A stretch of DNA of 64,000 nucleotides from positions 130,820,001-130,884,000 of the forward strand of contig NC_043000.1 of NCBI RefSeq assembly GCF_006345805.1, read 5' to 3'. The DNA is from Octopus sinensis. Lineage: Eukaryota. Under the pieces are notes generated by a model. That model saw only the letters and a list, made by a program, of their open reading frames with translations. It had not been told where the DNA came from and ran no database searches. Below, piece after piece: positions 1 through 14,138 of the stretch (the first letter of the stretch is position 1; every line of letters begins with the position of its first letter). A program made the translations under genes and the position numbers.

Positions 1-37
1 TCATGCTTATGTTAGGCAGTGGTAGTATAAGTATCGA

Positions 38-412
38 GGCACTCCGTCGGTTACGACGACGAAGGTTCCAGCTTTTCCGATCAAAGGAACAGCCTGCTCG
101 TGAAATTAACGTGCAAGTGACTGAGCTCTCCACAGACACGTGTACCCTTGACGTAGTTCTCGGGAAGATTCAACATGACAATGAGTGTGACAAGTGTGGC
201 CCTTTGAAATATAGGTACAGTAGAAACAGGAAGAAAGAGTGAAAGTTGTGGTATAAGAGTACAGCAGGGTTCGCCACCAACCCTTGCCGGAGCTTCGTGG
301 AGCATTAGGTGTTTTCGCTCAATAAACACTCACAACGCCCGGTCTGGGAATCGAAACCTCGATCCTACGAACGCCAATACGCTGCCCTAACGACTGGGCC
401 ATTGCACCTCCA
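38..412 (-). mobile_element. SINE-C, full-length tRNA-headed SINE
   Basis: Reverse complement matches 55277-55660 and 62774-63157 along its length; head GGAGGTGCAATGGCCCAGT with box-B-like GGTTTCGATTCCC. Confidence 0.9.
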
Positions 413-1299
413 CATTGTAAGTATAAATACAAGGCAAACCCACAACCAAAATGCACGTATATAACCGTACCGTGAAAAATGGACATTAGTTGAGGTGCAT
501 GTTTATTTTGTATGCAGTTTGAAAAATACATGTCGATTTTATATTGTCTCTCCAGAAATCTCTTATTCGTTTTTATTCATTGAAAAATGATAGTATATTT
601 ATGATAAACAGAACTGAGACAAAACTAAAGTTTTATAACAATGCAAACGTTCCCAACGATCTGAGATGACTTATAAGGTGATTAATGCATACTTCTATAC
701 AACTGATTGTGTTGTTTAGCTCCCACTAAAAGCATGGAGTAGAAAATACTGATAAATAGAAGCCATATAGCAAATCTAATGAAATTACTCCCTATGTTAA
801 TATAGATTTCTATCATCCACTCAGTTGGCAAAAACTTGCTTAATATCGTTAAAAGAATCCACCTACTAGTCATTACATGAAGCAATCTTCGAGACTGAAA
901 CCTCCTTTTACAATAAAGCAATATAAGTTAAAGTATTTAACGATATCCTTATATATTTTTCTAATTCCTCGTTCTGCAATCATAGAAAGAGACGTTGCAA
1001 TATTGTATGGTTCACGCCGCCCTTCTCCTTATATGTAAGATAAGCATTGTTAAAAGCTTCATAATCTTAAACATCTCCCATCAACCACTAATACTGAAAA
1101 GTAACAAATATAACTTAGTGATTTACAGTTGTACCTCCAATATGGTTAACTAGTGCTAACTGCACATACCAAAGTATAACTACATGTCTACTGATTATTA
1201 GCTATAAGACACTGGCCTAATTGTGTCCGGGACTGGAAGTCACATCTACCAGATCAAACTCAAATAGTATGCGTAAATACCGCGCAGGTATTGTGACAG

Positions 1300-1620
1300 A
1301 TACATTTAATCAAATATGCTTCGACTAAATTCCTTTCTTCAGAAATGTAGGCTACAGGAATGCTTGCAGTTTGAAAGAACATGAAATTCCTTTCTATATC
1401 AAGTGGAACAGCCTCGAGATGTGCAGACTATACAGAAATGATAAAAACAGTTGTAGGTTATGACTAGCGTAAAAGGATGTTATACTGCACGATCATAATA
1501 TACCATACCTGCAGACTAAATGTCAGATCTGTACTGTTCACTAAATGTCACCGCATCGATAAGTATCCACTGAATTCTAAAGGATACTGCCACCATCTTC
1601 TTGAAGGGGGGGAGCAAATT
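1300..1620 (-). mobile_element. Possible highly decayed BEL/Pao integrase remnant
   Basis: With frameshifts the minus strand gives APP..., YPLEFSG and CIVCTSR-AVPLDI, in the order of BEL/Pao integrase motifs (PFEFTGVD, CTTTRAVHLE). Weak match. Confidence 0.25.
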
Positions 1621-1813
1621 TATATATCTACCAATAACAATCACACTCTTTCCATTTCCTCCAGTTTTAACTCACAATGTTACATACTCCACCTCTATTG
1701 CTTCAGCTATTAATGAAAACAATTCCTCATTTATCTGCACTGTATCATATAACAACAAACTTATTGATATCTTCATCTGTTTACGTAACAGTGTAACATT
1801 TAAATCCCGTTAA

Positions 1814-2030
1814 GACAGTGAGCTGGCAGAAACGTTAACCCGCCGGGCGCAATGCTTAGCGACATTTCGTCTGTCTTTTACGTTCTGAGTTCAAATTCCG
1901 CCGAGGTCGGCTTCGCCTTTCATCCTTTCAAGGTTAATAAATTAAGTACCAGTTGCGTACTGGAGTCGATCTAATCTATTGGCTCAGTCCCCAAAAATTT
2001 CGGGCCTTGTGGTTAGAGTAGAAAAGATTA
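1814..2030 (+). mobile_element. SINE-B (tail variant 1)
   Basis: Head GAGCTGGCAGAAACGTTA, GAGTTCAAATTCC, central CCTTTCATCCTTTC...AAATTAAGTACCAG domain shared with other B copies. Confidence 0.85.
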
Positions 2031-2414
2031 TTTAAATCACAGTAACCTAGTTATATCTGTAAGTTCTCGAAGATCCCGATACAAATAACTTCCTCCAAAC
2101 AAATAACATCAATGTATAATGAATTAATCTCTGACCATATTTTCAAGCTTATAATGCCATGAAAGAGACTGCATGTTACTGAAAATTCAAGGTATAGTTT
2201 CAGTTTTTCATCGTCTCATAATTTTTCAGCACTTCCGGATATAAAACTGTAAATTACAATGTATTATCATTGACTGACTATATCATCATATATAATAAAA
2301 ACATGGAGACAGCGTGCGTGTACATAAGTGAATAAGTACTGTTAGCTACATTTGGTAAATATTTGTCACCTTCGTTAAGTGAGCAAAACCTGTAGCTAAG
2401 CTACAGAGTCCAGC

Positions 2415-2519
2415 CTCTCTTTCTTCTCTCTCTCTCTCTCTCCCTCTCTCTCTCTCTTTCCCACTCACTATTTTGCATTTTTCCCCACTTTTCTCTCTCG
2501 CTTCTCTCTCTGCTTCAAT

Positions 2520-2553
<34 letters not shown>

Positions 2554-2628
2554 CCTCTCTCTCTCTCTCTTTCCCACTCACTATTTTGCATTTTTCCCCA
2601 CTTTTCTCTCTCGCTTCTCTCTCTGCTT

Positions 2629-2683
<55 letters not shown>

Positions 2684-2765
2684 GCACTTGCTCTTTCTGT
2701 TTTCTCTTTCTCACTCCCTTTCCTCTCTCCCTCTCTGTCTCTTTCACTTTCTCTCTCTCTCTCTC
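2415..2765. repeat. (CT)n tract containing a ~113-bp tandem duplication
   Basis: TTTCCCACTCACTATTTTGCATTTTTCCCCAC...GCTTCAATC occurs at ~2457 and again at ~2570. Confidence 0.9.
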
Positions 2766-3350
2766 AGAGTCAACACGACTATTGTTACACCTAGTTATTG
2801 CCCGCTTATTAAATATGGCTTCGTCGCTCACCTTACAGCGAGCTAAATCACCTTAAAGCTTCTTACACTAAAAGTTATAATTAACAGAACTAGTGCGCGT
2901 GGAAAATATAGGAATATGTTCTAGTTCAAGTATGTCTATTTGATAAACATACATTGAGCCTAACTGTGTAAATTGGCATTATAGTTAAACCGCAGAGCTA
3001 TTTCCTTAAGAGGATATTGATCACAACTCAAGTAGCTGCGATTAGTTATTGTCGTCTTATCCATAATATCAATGTTCGTTGCGTACAGAAAAGAATTAGG
3101 TTATATGCAAATGATTAAAATCATTATTATTCATAGCAACGTAAGTAGCTCCAAGCTGCTTCCTCACTCTGTAGAACGAACACGAACGGTAACTCTTGAT
3201 AATTCGCCAATACCCACTGGAAATTATTCGCTCTTCTCCGGTTCGTTCTGCAGGAAGAGAGGTGGGGGGGGGGGAGAATGAGACTGTGGGTTAACCACAG
3301 GGTCTGTTTACACAAAATGACAGTGTAGAGACTATGGATACGTATATATA

Positions 3351-3766
3351 CTCTTTACTCTTTACTCTTTTTACTTGTTTCAGTCATTTGACTGCGGCCA
3401 TGCTGGAGCACCGCCTTTAGTCGAGCAAATCGACCCCGGGACTTATTCTTTGTAAGCCCAGTACTTATTCTATCGGTCTCTTTTGCCGAACCGCTAAGTA
3501 ACAGGGACGTAAACACACCAGCATCGGTTGTCAAGCAATGCTAGGGGAACAAACACAGACACACAAACATATTCACACACACTTATATATATATACATAT
3601 ATACGACAGGCTTCTTTCAGTTTCCGTCTACCAAATTCACTCACAAGGCATTGGTCGGCCCGGGGCTATAGCAGAAGACACTTACCCAAGATGCCACGCA
3701 GTGGGACTGAACCCGGAACCATGTGGTTGGTTAGCAAGCTACTTACCAAACAGCCACTCCTGCGCC
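3351..3766 (-). mobile_element. SINE-A, full-length, young subfamily
   Basis: Head GGCGCAGGAGTGGCTG, internal microsatellite, (AAAAGAGT)n tail; near-identical to 24238-24653 and 25455-25853; abuts (TA)n. Confidence 0.95.
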
Positions 3767-3881
<115 letters not shown>

Positions 3882-4189
3882 TCGGGGTGAGTACTTTATT
3901 AATTTATTAATTATTTACATTACTTCAACATCCAAATTTCCTCATTCTACATTGAGAGAAGAACGAGATGGACGCTTCAATTCTATGCTGTTGCCGCATT
4001 ATGTCGTACGCGAATGAGAGGATTTGCATCCCCAACCAAGAATTTTTGATGTAACACATGTCCTTGTGGAAGTTGTTGTGCGCGGCTGAAGAAGGCCACA
4101 GACATACATTATGCATGGTTATAAATCTGGCTAATAAAGGCCCGAAACATATGTACCGCTGAATCCTTGGCATCATGTTTTTATTTTGA

Positions 4190-4204
4190 TCAATATATAT
4201 ATAT

Positions 4205-4253
<49 letters not shown>

Positions 4254-4309
4254 CAGACAGGCACGCAGACAGACAGACAGATAGATAGATAGATAGACAG
4301 ACAGACAGT

Positions 4310-4383
<74 letters not shown>

Positions 4384-4460
4384 TGGATACGCGCGCACAC
4401 ACATACACCCACACGCACACACACACACACACACTATATATATTATATATATATATATAC
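4190..4460. repeat. Compound (TA)/(GATA)/(GACA)/(CA) microsatellite
   Basis: Seen directly. Confidence 0.95.
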
Positions 4461-4919
4461 TATCAGAACAAATATTGTAGTGCATATAATCTAGTAAATT
4501 ATTTGTTTATATACAAAAAAGTAAAAGGTAAACAAGTATGAGAAATCAGACGGCATAAAAAAAAATATGCCCGAAAATATACAACATTCGACGTGAAATT
4601 TTCTAAAAAAAAATGAAGTGCTATAAAGGAGACCACAGACATCACAAGTCATAAACTCTATTGCAAACTGCAATTAAATTTAGCTGTTGCATTTTATTTT
4701 TCAGATTTCAAAAATATATGTGAGACGTGAAAAGAAAATAATGTCTGGCTGAAAGTTTATAAGCAGTCAGCTTGCAGCGAAACACCTGTTACGTATCACA
4801 GAATATACACACCAATCAGGGCGCGTATAAACATTAACTATATTCGTTCTCTGTTTATCCTTTAAGCTTCCTAACACTTGTTTGTTTATCACGCTTTTTT
4901 GAATTGTTGCTAATATTTT

Positions 4920-5095
4920 TATATAAACACACAAACACACACACAGATACACGCATACATGCATATGTACGTATGTACGTATGTATGTACGTATGTATGT
5001 ATGTATGTATGTATGTATGTATGTATGTATATGTATATGTATATATATGTATGTATATGTATATGTATATATATGTATGTATATATATATACATG

Positions 5096-5156
<61 letters not shown>

Positions 5157-5351
5157 AATTGTTGCTAATATTTATATACAAACACACATATACAAACACA
5201 TATTGTCTCCGCAAACAATAACTCTCTGCTCGAATGGGCCTTGGTGCCCAAATCCTGAACTGAAAGACTTCGCCAGGTGGTGCTATTAAGTTAGACATGG
5301 CCTGGGCCAATACTGGCCAAAAACCTTTCTAAGTTATTCATACATGCATAC

Positions 5352-5382
<31 letters not shown>

Positions 5383-5564
5383 TGTATGTATGTATGTATG
5401 TATTATGTATGTATGTATGTATGTATTTATGTATTTATGTATGTATGTATGCATGTATGTATGTGTGTATATATATATATGCATACATATGAGTATACGC
5501 ATAAACGAATATATGTGTATATATACATGTTTGTAGATAGATGGAGAGAGAGAGAGAGAGATAA

Positions 5565-5651
<87 letters not shown>

Positions 5652-5735
5652 TAAACATAAATATATATACACATATAAATGTATACGTACATATATACTT
5701 ATAAATATTTTGTAAGTGTGTATGTATATACTTCA
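4920..5735. repeat. (TATG)/(TA)/(GATA) microsatellite clusters
   Basis: Seen directly; these explain the YVCM/YI/LSIY ORFs. Confidence 0.9.
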
Positions 5736-5759
5736 TATACAGAGTAAAAGAGAGAGGAA

Positions 5760-7560
5760 GCGAACTATTGGAATAAATATTTTGCTGCTAACCGAAAGAA
5801 GTTCTTTCGTGCAAAGCGATTTGTCAGAATTCTAATGAAGAAAAATTTAATTTAGCGCCCTTGTTATTCACTTTGCACAAAAGAAATATTTCCGCTGTAA
5901 CGGATGAGTGAGATCGTGTATGTGACCGTATGAATTACACATGAATGGGTAGAGAATATCATATGTTTTGTGATCTCATGCATTCGGCTGGATATAGTCC
6001 ATCAGCTTTGTCACAGGCCCCTCGCGTTGCCACATCTAACGCAGAAGACCATTTCTTCTCCAAGCAGATGTTTGGGTAACTATCCATGTGAGACTTTCTA
6101 CAGCGGATTAGAAACTGGTGGAAACCACAAAGGACACGCTGACAGAAGGTATCCTACATTGACAGATGTTTCCCCCGACTCCGGATGTGTTCTTAACTGC
6201 AAAACGTACCATGGTCGTTTCCTTGATGGCATTTTGTGGGGGTTATTTCAGTCTCAAAAAATATACAATTTCCCAATTAACGCGATAGTTGTATAGCAAT
6301 AAGAGCTGTAAGATGTCTCAGTGAATCGGTTATCTAGTGTTACTTTTGACCTCCCATTGCCTAATTTTCTGAGCCCAACCCAAGTAGATCGCTGTCGGTA
6401 TTCTAGATATGAATTCTCTCTCGCAATTGTGGAGATTTTCAGAGATTACAAGGATTTCTTCCACTAGTGTCAGTTCTAATCACAGCAAATGCAGAATTGA
6501 TTGGCTATTTGAGATAACAAACAAGACACTTTTATTAAATCGATGTTTGAGTCGACTGTCGTATCTTTTGATCTTTTAGCATCACAACAACTTATTGATC
6601 AGCAATGGTGTCTTTACCTGAATATCCTGTCTTCTTCCTCGATGACGAATAGTACAGTTTCTGTCACTTGACTGAAGCAGAATGGCCAATCATTTTAACG
6701 AGAACCTCCCTCTTACGTTTTTTTATCTAACAGATGGTCATGAAAAACTTATGTGCAGAAGCCGGATCTATTTTTGGTTTCCAGTCCATCATTTAGAGCA
6801 ACTGTTATTTCAGACCAGGAATTGGTGGTCAAAGTAAAGAAGAAAGTGGGTTTGCACTAATACCTGATAATTTTCATAAGTTCTTAAGCACTGACTGTAG
6901 AAGTACTGGAAGCCATAAAATGAAGGTGAAAAATTATCTTTCGGTTAGCATTATCAGCAACTCCTTCACCGACTTCATCAAACAGGTCAGGCCATGACAT
7001 TTTATTCTGTATTGGGAATTGGTTATTTGTTACCCAGAGAAGCCTACAGTACTCAATATTGGCGAGCGATTTCGAATCACAATATCGAGTTTACCAGCAA
7101 CTGTCACTGGCATGATTGTTTCCACATCTGAGACCTTAGGCGAATTATATTTTTTGAAGTGGTCCTCAAATTGGTTCTTGCGCTTACCATAATTCAGATC
7201 ATTACCAATATTTTGAGCGTCAGTAATATTCGTTGTTGTCTTGGAACTGAAGATGTAGGTGATGTACATTCGTTGAGGCTTTTCAAACTCTGGAGTATCT
7301 AGGTTATCAGTATCTAATCCGTTTGCCAACAAATGGACTGCATCGCGGATGCAGAAGTGGGTGAAATCTGATGCTTGGCCAGTTTCACTTAATATCAATG
7401 ACACTGTTTAGGGACACAGACCCCACTGTGTATTTAGGGATTCAACGTACGAATGTTATATGATTTCCTTGCACACTGTGAAAACCAGAGCAAGTGCATC
7501 ATTTAAACTCGGGTATTTTCCGGGGCCCTACTCTTGTCTATATGATATCCGGAAGAAGGG
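5760..7560 (-). mobile_element. Decayed Helitron Rep (HUH) coding remnant
   Basis: Minus-strand translation through stops and frameshifts gives IIRY*CKPTFFFTLTTNSWSEI (cf. GKPDLFITFTCNPxWxEI), VLVKMIGHSASVK*QK (cf. VIEFQKRG), YLEYRQRS...TLDNRF (cf. YPxYRRR...LDNRW) and HQGNDH (cf. YKGHDR), in Helitron order. Confidence 0.75.
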
Positions 7561-8634
7561 CTCTGTCAATGGTTATCTGTGAGACAGAAAGTGAGTAAAG
7601 CTTGATTTTCCCCTCGCAGCATCAAATTGATTTGAGTTAACCGTTACAGCGATATAAAATAGATCGGTAAAAATAGATGCAAATGTTAAGAGCGTCATCC
7701 CTTTGAGAATGATGGCATTCAACTGACCTACAACTGTGCGATAGCTGTTATCTAGGACGCTGTGAACAGATTATAGGTTCGAAATTATCATATAAGGAAC
7801 AAGAGTTATGCTTTCTCTTGAATACAAATTCTAAGTTTCAATTATTTTTGTTCAATATTTAAAAGAAATAGCTTATTTTGATTCATTCGGTTTTTATTAA
7901 TTCAAACAACTGTGATTTCAGTTGTGTTTCATACTTAACATTTAAATTTAATTTCTTATAGTTTAATTTTTAATTCTATTTTCAGACTGGTTTTGTTGTG
8001 TTGAAACTGCTACAGTTAAATCAGCTGCACGCCACAAGTAACACTTTCGCTTTTCACCAAAGCAATTCCACTTTTTATACTGTCACTTCATACAACCAAA
8101 GAAGCTGTATGTAGTCGCTCATAGCAGCAACGCTCCCTTAAAGAATATTATACATGTATTAAACCTGTTTTGCTTAACATTTCCAAGAATGAACGAAATG
8201 AAAAGAGTATTAAAATAACATTTATACATTTGTAAGAAAGATCAAAATAAACAGGAAATAACTTGAAGCAAATCACATACCTGACCCATCCCTTACTTTT
8301 TCTAAACCATTTAGAGAAAAGATAGAAAAGAATAATTTATTGAAATTACTTTCTATTATTCCTAACAAAGTTCGAAATAAATAAATGGTAAAATTACTTA
8401 CAATGAAAATTGTTGAAATATGAAATGGAGACAAACACATTAGTGAAATAACTTTTAAATATTTATAAAGTAGATCGAAATAAGTAAATAAATAGTGAAG
8501 AAGCTTTATCAAAGGGAAGCGAAAAATTTTCGAAATAATTTTGAAACATCAAAAGTTTAAAAAATAATGGAATAGAAAAGTACTTTTATTTGTACTCTAA
8601 AATTATAACTGTTATATTCAAAGATAAAATGTTA

Positions 8635-9028
8635 TCTTTGTATATAAAAGAAAGGTTGTGTGTCTGTCTACTCCGATTTAGATTCCTAACTACTCCCACA
8701 TTTTGCGGTGCAGTTTAACCAAAACCGGGTATCTTATAGTCGTGATTCATATCGACCCCTTCTGGGTATTAGCGCGCGTCTACGATGAGTCTACGATTTT
8801 AAAAATAATTTACCATCATTTTTTTCCATTTTAATGCATATTTTTTTTTAAATAAAGGGAAGTAACTCTCTAAAAATGTCTACGATGAGTCAACGATTTA
8901 AAAAAAATTTACCATATTTTTTTTTCCATTTTTAATGCATTTTTTGCTATTTTTTGGCTATAACTCTCTAAAAATGCTTTATAGTTATTTCCTTAACAAA
9001 CCCGAGCAACGCTGGGCGATACTGCTAG
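8635..9028 (+). mobile_element. Non-autonomous Helitron
   Basis: Starts TC after an A and ends in hairpin CCCGAGCAACGCTGGG then CTAG before a T; has an internal ~100-bp duplication. Confidence 0.85.
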
Positions 9029-9433
9029 TTAGTTATAAAACTAAAAGATAGCGAAAAACAGCGAAAGTAACACAGAAGTAACTCTAGGTCTAAAGACGGA
9101 GACAGGAAGAAACAGATAAGATGACTGCATAAACTGAGAGCTGTGGCAAAGCTTACAATTCGAAATGTTCCATGGGTTTATGCATTTAGTTTTGCAGGGT
9201 GTGGGTTGATTCAGTAGTGACTCTTTTGTCTCCAAAAGAGAGAGAGAGGGAGGGGACAGACAGACAGACAGATAGATAGACAGACAGCGAAGAACGGTTA
9301 ACTAACAGGGATCCATCATCTACAGATAATGGATCGCTGTAGTAGGAAGAAGTTAATCGATATCAAACTGTGCTGAAATTGGAAACGAGGTCTGAATACA
9401 TGCAAAATAATTGACATCGTCAAATGTGTTCAA

Positions 9434-9607
9434 TCAGTCAGGTGATGGAGTGAAAGCAGATGATGGATTTCTTTCATCACATTCAATACAATACTGGGCT
9501 TGCTTCACCCAAAACCATGCGACTGCTTCTTTAAATGTACCATACAAAAGAGTCGTTCCTGTCCCTATAAGATCTATTATACTGGAATGTTTCATTGTAC
9601 GTTTCTT
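9434..9607 (-). CDS. Candidate terminal coding exon (unrecognised product)
   Basis: Acceptor CCTTTATTCCAG, then 57 open codons (KKRTMKHSSIIDLIGTGTTLLYGTFKEAVAWFW...SPD*) in non-repetitive sequence. The opposite strand is also open with a GTGAGT donor, so the call is ambiguous. Confidence 0.25.
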   Translation of the reverse strand, partial: KKRTMKHSSIIDLIGTGTTLLYGTFKEAVAWFWVKQAQYCIECDERNPSSAFTPSPD

Positions 9608-9683
9608 CTGGAATAAAGGTGTGAGTATTTCGGCACCGTAATTTTTTTTTTTTTTTGTCATCATTAGAATAAAAGTCAGTTTT

Positions 9684-10070
9684 GGTTGTGTGGTAAGTAG
9701 CTTGCTAACCAATCACATGGTTCCGGGTTCAGTCCCACTGCGTAGCATCTTGGGCAAGTGTCTTCTGCTATAGCCCCGGGCCGACCAATGCCTTGTGAAT
9801 GGATTTGGTAGACGGAAACTGAAAGAAGCCTGTCGTATATATGTATATATATGTATGTGTGTGTGTCTGTGTTTGTCCCCCTAGCATTGCTTGACAACTG
9901 ATGCTGGTGTGTTTACGTTCCCGTCACTTAGCGGTTCGGCAAAAGTGACCGATAGAATAAGTACTGGGCTTACAAAGAATAAGTCCTGGGGGGTCGATTT
10001 GCTCGACTAAAGGCGGTGCTCCAGCATGGCCGCAGTCAAATGACTGAAACAAGTAAAAGAGTAAAGAGAG
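9684..10070 (+). mobile_element. SINE-A, slightly 5'-truncated, young subfamily
   Basis: Matches the other A copies; tail GTAAAAGAGTAAAGAG. Confidence 0.95.
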
Positions 10071-11329
10071 TTATATGGGTCATTTAAATAAAATAAATAA
10101 CAGTCAGTATTCAACCATTTATCAAAAACTTCATCATTTTTCGGTGCCAAAAAGAAACGAAAGAAATTAAAGATTAAATAATATAAATGAAGCAGAAAGT
10201 GTTTGAAATATTGTAAGTGTATAGAACATTCCTCTTAATAATATGTCACTATTATACTTCATTGAATTTATGTTAGGTCTTTCTTAAGTTTGTGATTGGA
10301 GTCAGAGATGCACAGTCTGCTTCCTTTACATAACTTCCAAGTCAATGTTCAATGCAAGGTTGATCGCTTTTAAAATGAAACAAAATGTGTAGACATGGAT
10401 AACCAACCTACTGCCTTAAAAATAGTGAATCTGTAGTTCACTGATATTGGGAACAAAAGATATGATAATGGAGGGGCTTTGATCACAGGACAGCTATGTG
10501 AAGAACGAACAAGTTCCGAGAACAGCTTTTTTCCTGGGTGGGATATATTCAGAAGTGGGTTTGGGATATTAAACACAATAATGACGATGAGAGAAAGAAA
10601 TACAGAGTGTGGCAGAAAGGTTGCCCCTATTTCAAAGGTTAATAAAAATCAAACACGAAGATACAAGAAAAATTTTATATTTCTAACAAATGCACGATGC
10701 TCTCCACTCAAGGCCATGGTGGGTACTGAACCAGAAAGAAAAAATGGTATATAATGAATTTCATAGGAATACAAAGTATTTTACGCATTTGCATGTGTTT
10801 GTGTTTTTATTAATCTTTGAAATCGGAGCAACCTTTCGGCTGCACCCTATATTTGTAAAATATTTGAAACTTTTTGTAGAAATTGTACCCTGATTTTTAG
10901 AAAAAAATACTGAATATATTGTAACAATAGTAGAAGGGGCAGCGTTTTTGTGGTCAAAAAGGTGGAATGAAATATTAAAAAAATCAACTGAATTGCATTT
11001 CCATGTAGTTTCTAATGTATTTTGTTGTTATTTATCTCTACACCAACTCTAGGTGGAGATATATGACCAAGAAAACACACCCGCTAGGAATGCTTTACCA
11101 ATATCTCCTACATTCTATATTTTGGATTACATTTTTCATTGTGATTATCAATTTTCAGAACCGGAGGATGTAATTCCACAGAGATTTGGCTACTATTTCC
11201 AGCAGATCAAACTACTTCATAGAAGCTATTTCGTCAGTTATACCATACTATATATGGAAGAAGATATGTGAAGTAGGTCAAACTTGAGAGCCTTTGAGGC
11301 CCTGAAACTAGTCAGAACTAAAATATTAC

Positions 11330-11355
11330 CTGTCCAAGAAGCGGACGCCTAATCC
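11330..11355 (-). CDS. Candidate 26-bp micro-exon
   Basis: TGTACTGCAG|GGATTAGGCGTCCGCTTCTTGGACAG|GTAATA; splice signals only. Confidence 0.2.
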
Positions 11356-11477
11356 CTGCAGTACACATTTGATACTACTGTATATATGAAAGTGACATGA
11401 CGGATCATCAGAGATTATAGTGACTTCATAGTAATGACTAATTTGAGCGCAGGGACATCAGTGCGTGAGGGAGGCAG

Positions 11478-11595
11478 TCAATCGATTACATCAACCCCAG
11501 TACTTGACTCATTATTTATTTTATCGACCAAAACCTGAAGAAATAACGCTAGGCATTTTGTCTGCCGCTCGGATGATTCTACCAATCCACTGCTC
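11478..11595 (-). mobile_element. Old SINE-B remnant
   Basis: Degenerate ATCGATTACATCAACCCCAGTAC...TTTATCGACC central domain. Confidence 0.5.
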
Positions 11596-12099
11596 TGGTA
11601 ACACTTGATGATGAAGATATTCCAGAAATTTTAATTTTCCAGCCACCACTGAAATGATTTGCCTTCATTTCGTATTTCAAAGGCAAGTGAAATGATGAAG
11701 TCTAAAACCGATCTTAATGTTTTTAACTAAAGGTGGAAATCGCAGCTATAATATTTCGTTTAAATATAACGGCCCTGCATCATGCTTCGGTTTCCCGTGT
11801 CCTCAGCTACATTTTACAGACATGCACACATTCATCTATAATTCTTGCCTACTACTTAAGACCTTCATTCGAAATCGGACATAAGCCTTTTGGTAACTTT
11901 TCTCCACTGTTCTCGATTCTGGGTTGTCTTTGGTTGGTTTTTAATTGTCATCAATAATTCTCTAAACATTTTCTTTAGCTATGCTATCATAGCTCTCCGG
12001 GTCATGGAGAGACAAAAGCCACCACACCGCGACAAGAAGTGGACCTTCTGCTGGACTTATTCTTCTCAGAAGTCTACGAGTACTTTGGATGATACGAGA

Positions 12100-12330
12100 T
12101 AACAAGAAAGCCTATACCGGATCGTGTTTTCTACTATAAGTGGCCGCCAAATCTTTATCACATCACACACAAAATCACGTATTACACAGCCCTAAAATGA
12201 CAGAATAGTTATGGCTGGGCGACTTCAATCACGGGAATACAAGAACAACCTTAACCTGGAGTTAAAACCAATCGAGAAAAACAAGACAAAACAGCATTAC
12301 TGGGTTATGAATGTAGCCTAAAAGACAACA
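12100..12330 (+). mobile_element. Possible LINE APE endonuclease remnant
   Basis: Frameshifted IVMA-GDFNHGN resembles the APE GDFN motif; nothing else supports it. Confidence 0.3.
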
Positions 12331-12579
12331 ATATTGAAGTTAAGGAATAGCAATTGTGGTGATTGCGGAATTGAAGATAATGTTTTTTTTATATTGTATA
12401 ATGGTAGTGGCAGTGATTATGCATGCTGGAGTAACAGTAAGAAAGAAAAAGAAATAAGAAAAAGAAAGCTTACTTCGTTATCTTCCTTTTGTCAGATAAT
12501 AATATCGATGCTTTGAAATAAGGATTTTACTTTCAAAGCCTCTCTATTTACACGATCAGCCAATTTCAGGCAGCCTATA

Positions 12580-12599
12580 TTACACACACACACACACAC

Positions 12600-12674
<75 letters not shown>

Positions 12675-12852
12675 ATATATATAGGTATGTATAAGTGTGT
12701 GAGTGCACGTGTCACACGCGCGTGTGTATATTCATATAATATTTATTTATAGTATATATACATGTATATATGTATATGTAAATATATATGTATATATATA
12801 TATATATGTAAATATATATATGTATATATGTATGTATGTATATGTATATACG

Positions 12853-12899
<47 letters not shown>

Positions 12900-13753
12900 G
12901 TGTATATATATATACACACATATGTGTATTATATATATATATACATTTTATATATATAAATACATATATATATATATATTCATACACACACACATATCCA
13001 TACAGACACATATACATACATATATATATATATATATATATCCGAGATTAGTTTGAATGTGAATCGATAAGTAAGTATAGCTGTCCCCTCCACCTTACCC
13101 TTTTATTTCATCTTTTTCTTCAGATTCTTTCTTACTTTCTATCTTCCGGATTACGTGTGCCTTTTCTTGCCATGATACACACATATAAGGTTTTCGTTGC
13201 TTTTTTTATATACATATATATATATATAATATATATATATATATATTATATATATATATAATATATATATATATAATTTTATTTCATTTCAGTAACTCCT
13301 ACTATACATTCATCTCAATCAAATTGTCACTATTCTTTTGAAATGACAGCACTTGGCACAAAACGCATAGCATATTCCTGATAGATCGGTTAAGTGGAAG
13401 AAAGAGAGAGATGATGACTCTTTTCGTAACCACATCAGAGGTTTTACTATCTTTCAAACCAAAAATAGAGAACCTCTTTATATATATATTGCTTTTAAGA
13501 CTGTACCTTGTTTTATTTTTTTGCTGTGCGTGTTTCTGTTTTTTCTGTTTTTCGGGGGTTTTTTTCAGCTTTGTTGTCAATTTTGCACCTATAGCTGTGT
13601 GGGGGCGTGCGGACATCACGTGCCTGTGTAATTTTGTATCGATGGATGCGTGTGCATATGCGCGCCACCCACACACACATACGCACACACAAGCTCACAT
13701 ACATACGTAAGCATTCACATATTCTTTTATGTATGCGTGTCTGTGGGGATGTG

Positions 13754-13787
<34 letters not shown>

Positions 13788-13810
13788 TATATATAATATA
13801 TACACACATA

Positions 13811-13843
<33 letters not shown>

Positions 13844-14085
13844 GTATGTATGTATGTATATATGTATATATGTATGTGTGTATGTATGTATGTATGTGTG
13901 TTTGTGAGAATACATGTTTGTGTGTTCTTTACGTCATAAGAATTATATATATTATATGTGTACCTATGAATATATAAATACATATATATACATATGGTAT
14001 ATATGTGAATGTATATAATAAATATACGTATATATGTGTGTGTCTATCTGTCTGAGTATTTATACACACTATTACTAGTGTTGTT

Positions 14086-14138
<53 letters not shown>

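Noticed and set aside
10380-10754. Coding-looking purine-rich stretch
   Set aside because: No recognisable motif in any frame and no convincing splice borders; possibly an old transposon.
11053-11271. 72-aa + strand ORF after an AG, and an apparent minus-strand exon with good splice sites
   Set aside because: The + strand peptide is unrecognisable and the minus-strand exon has stops in all three frames.
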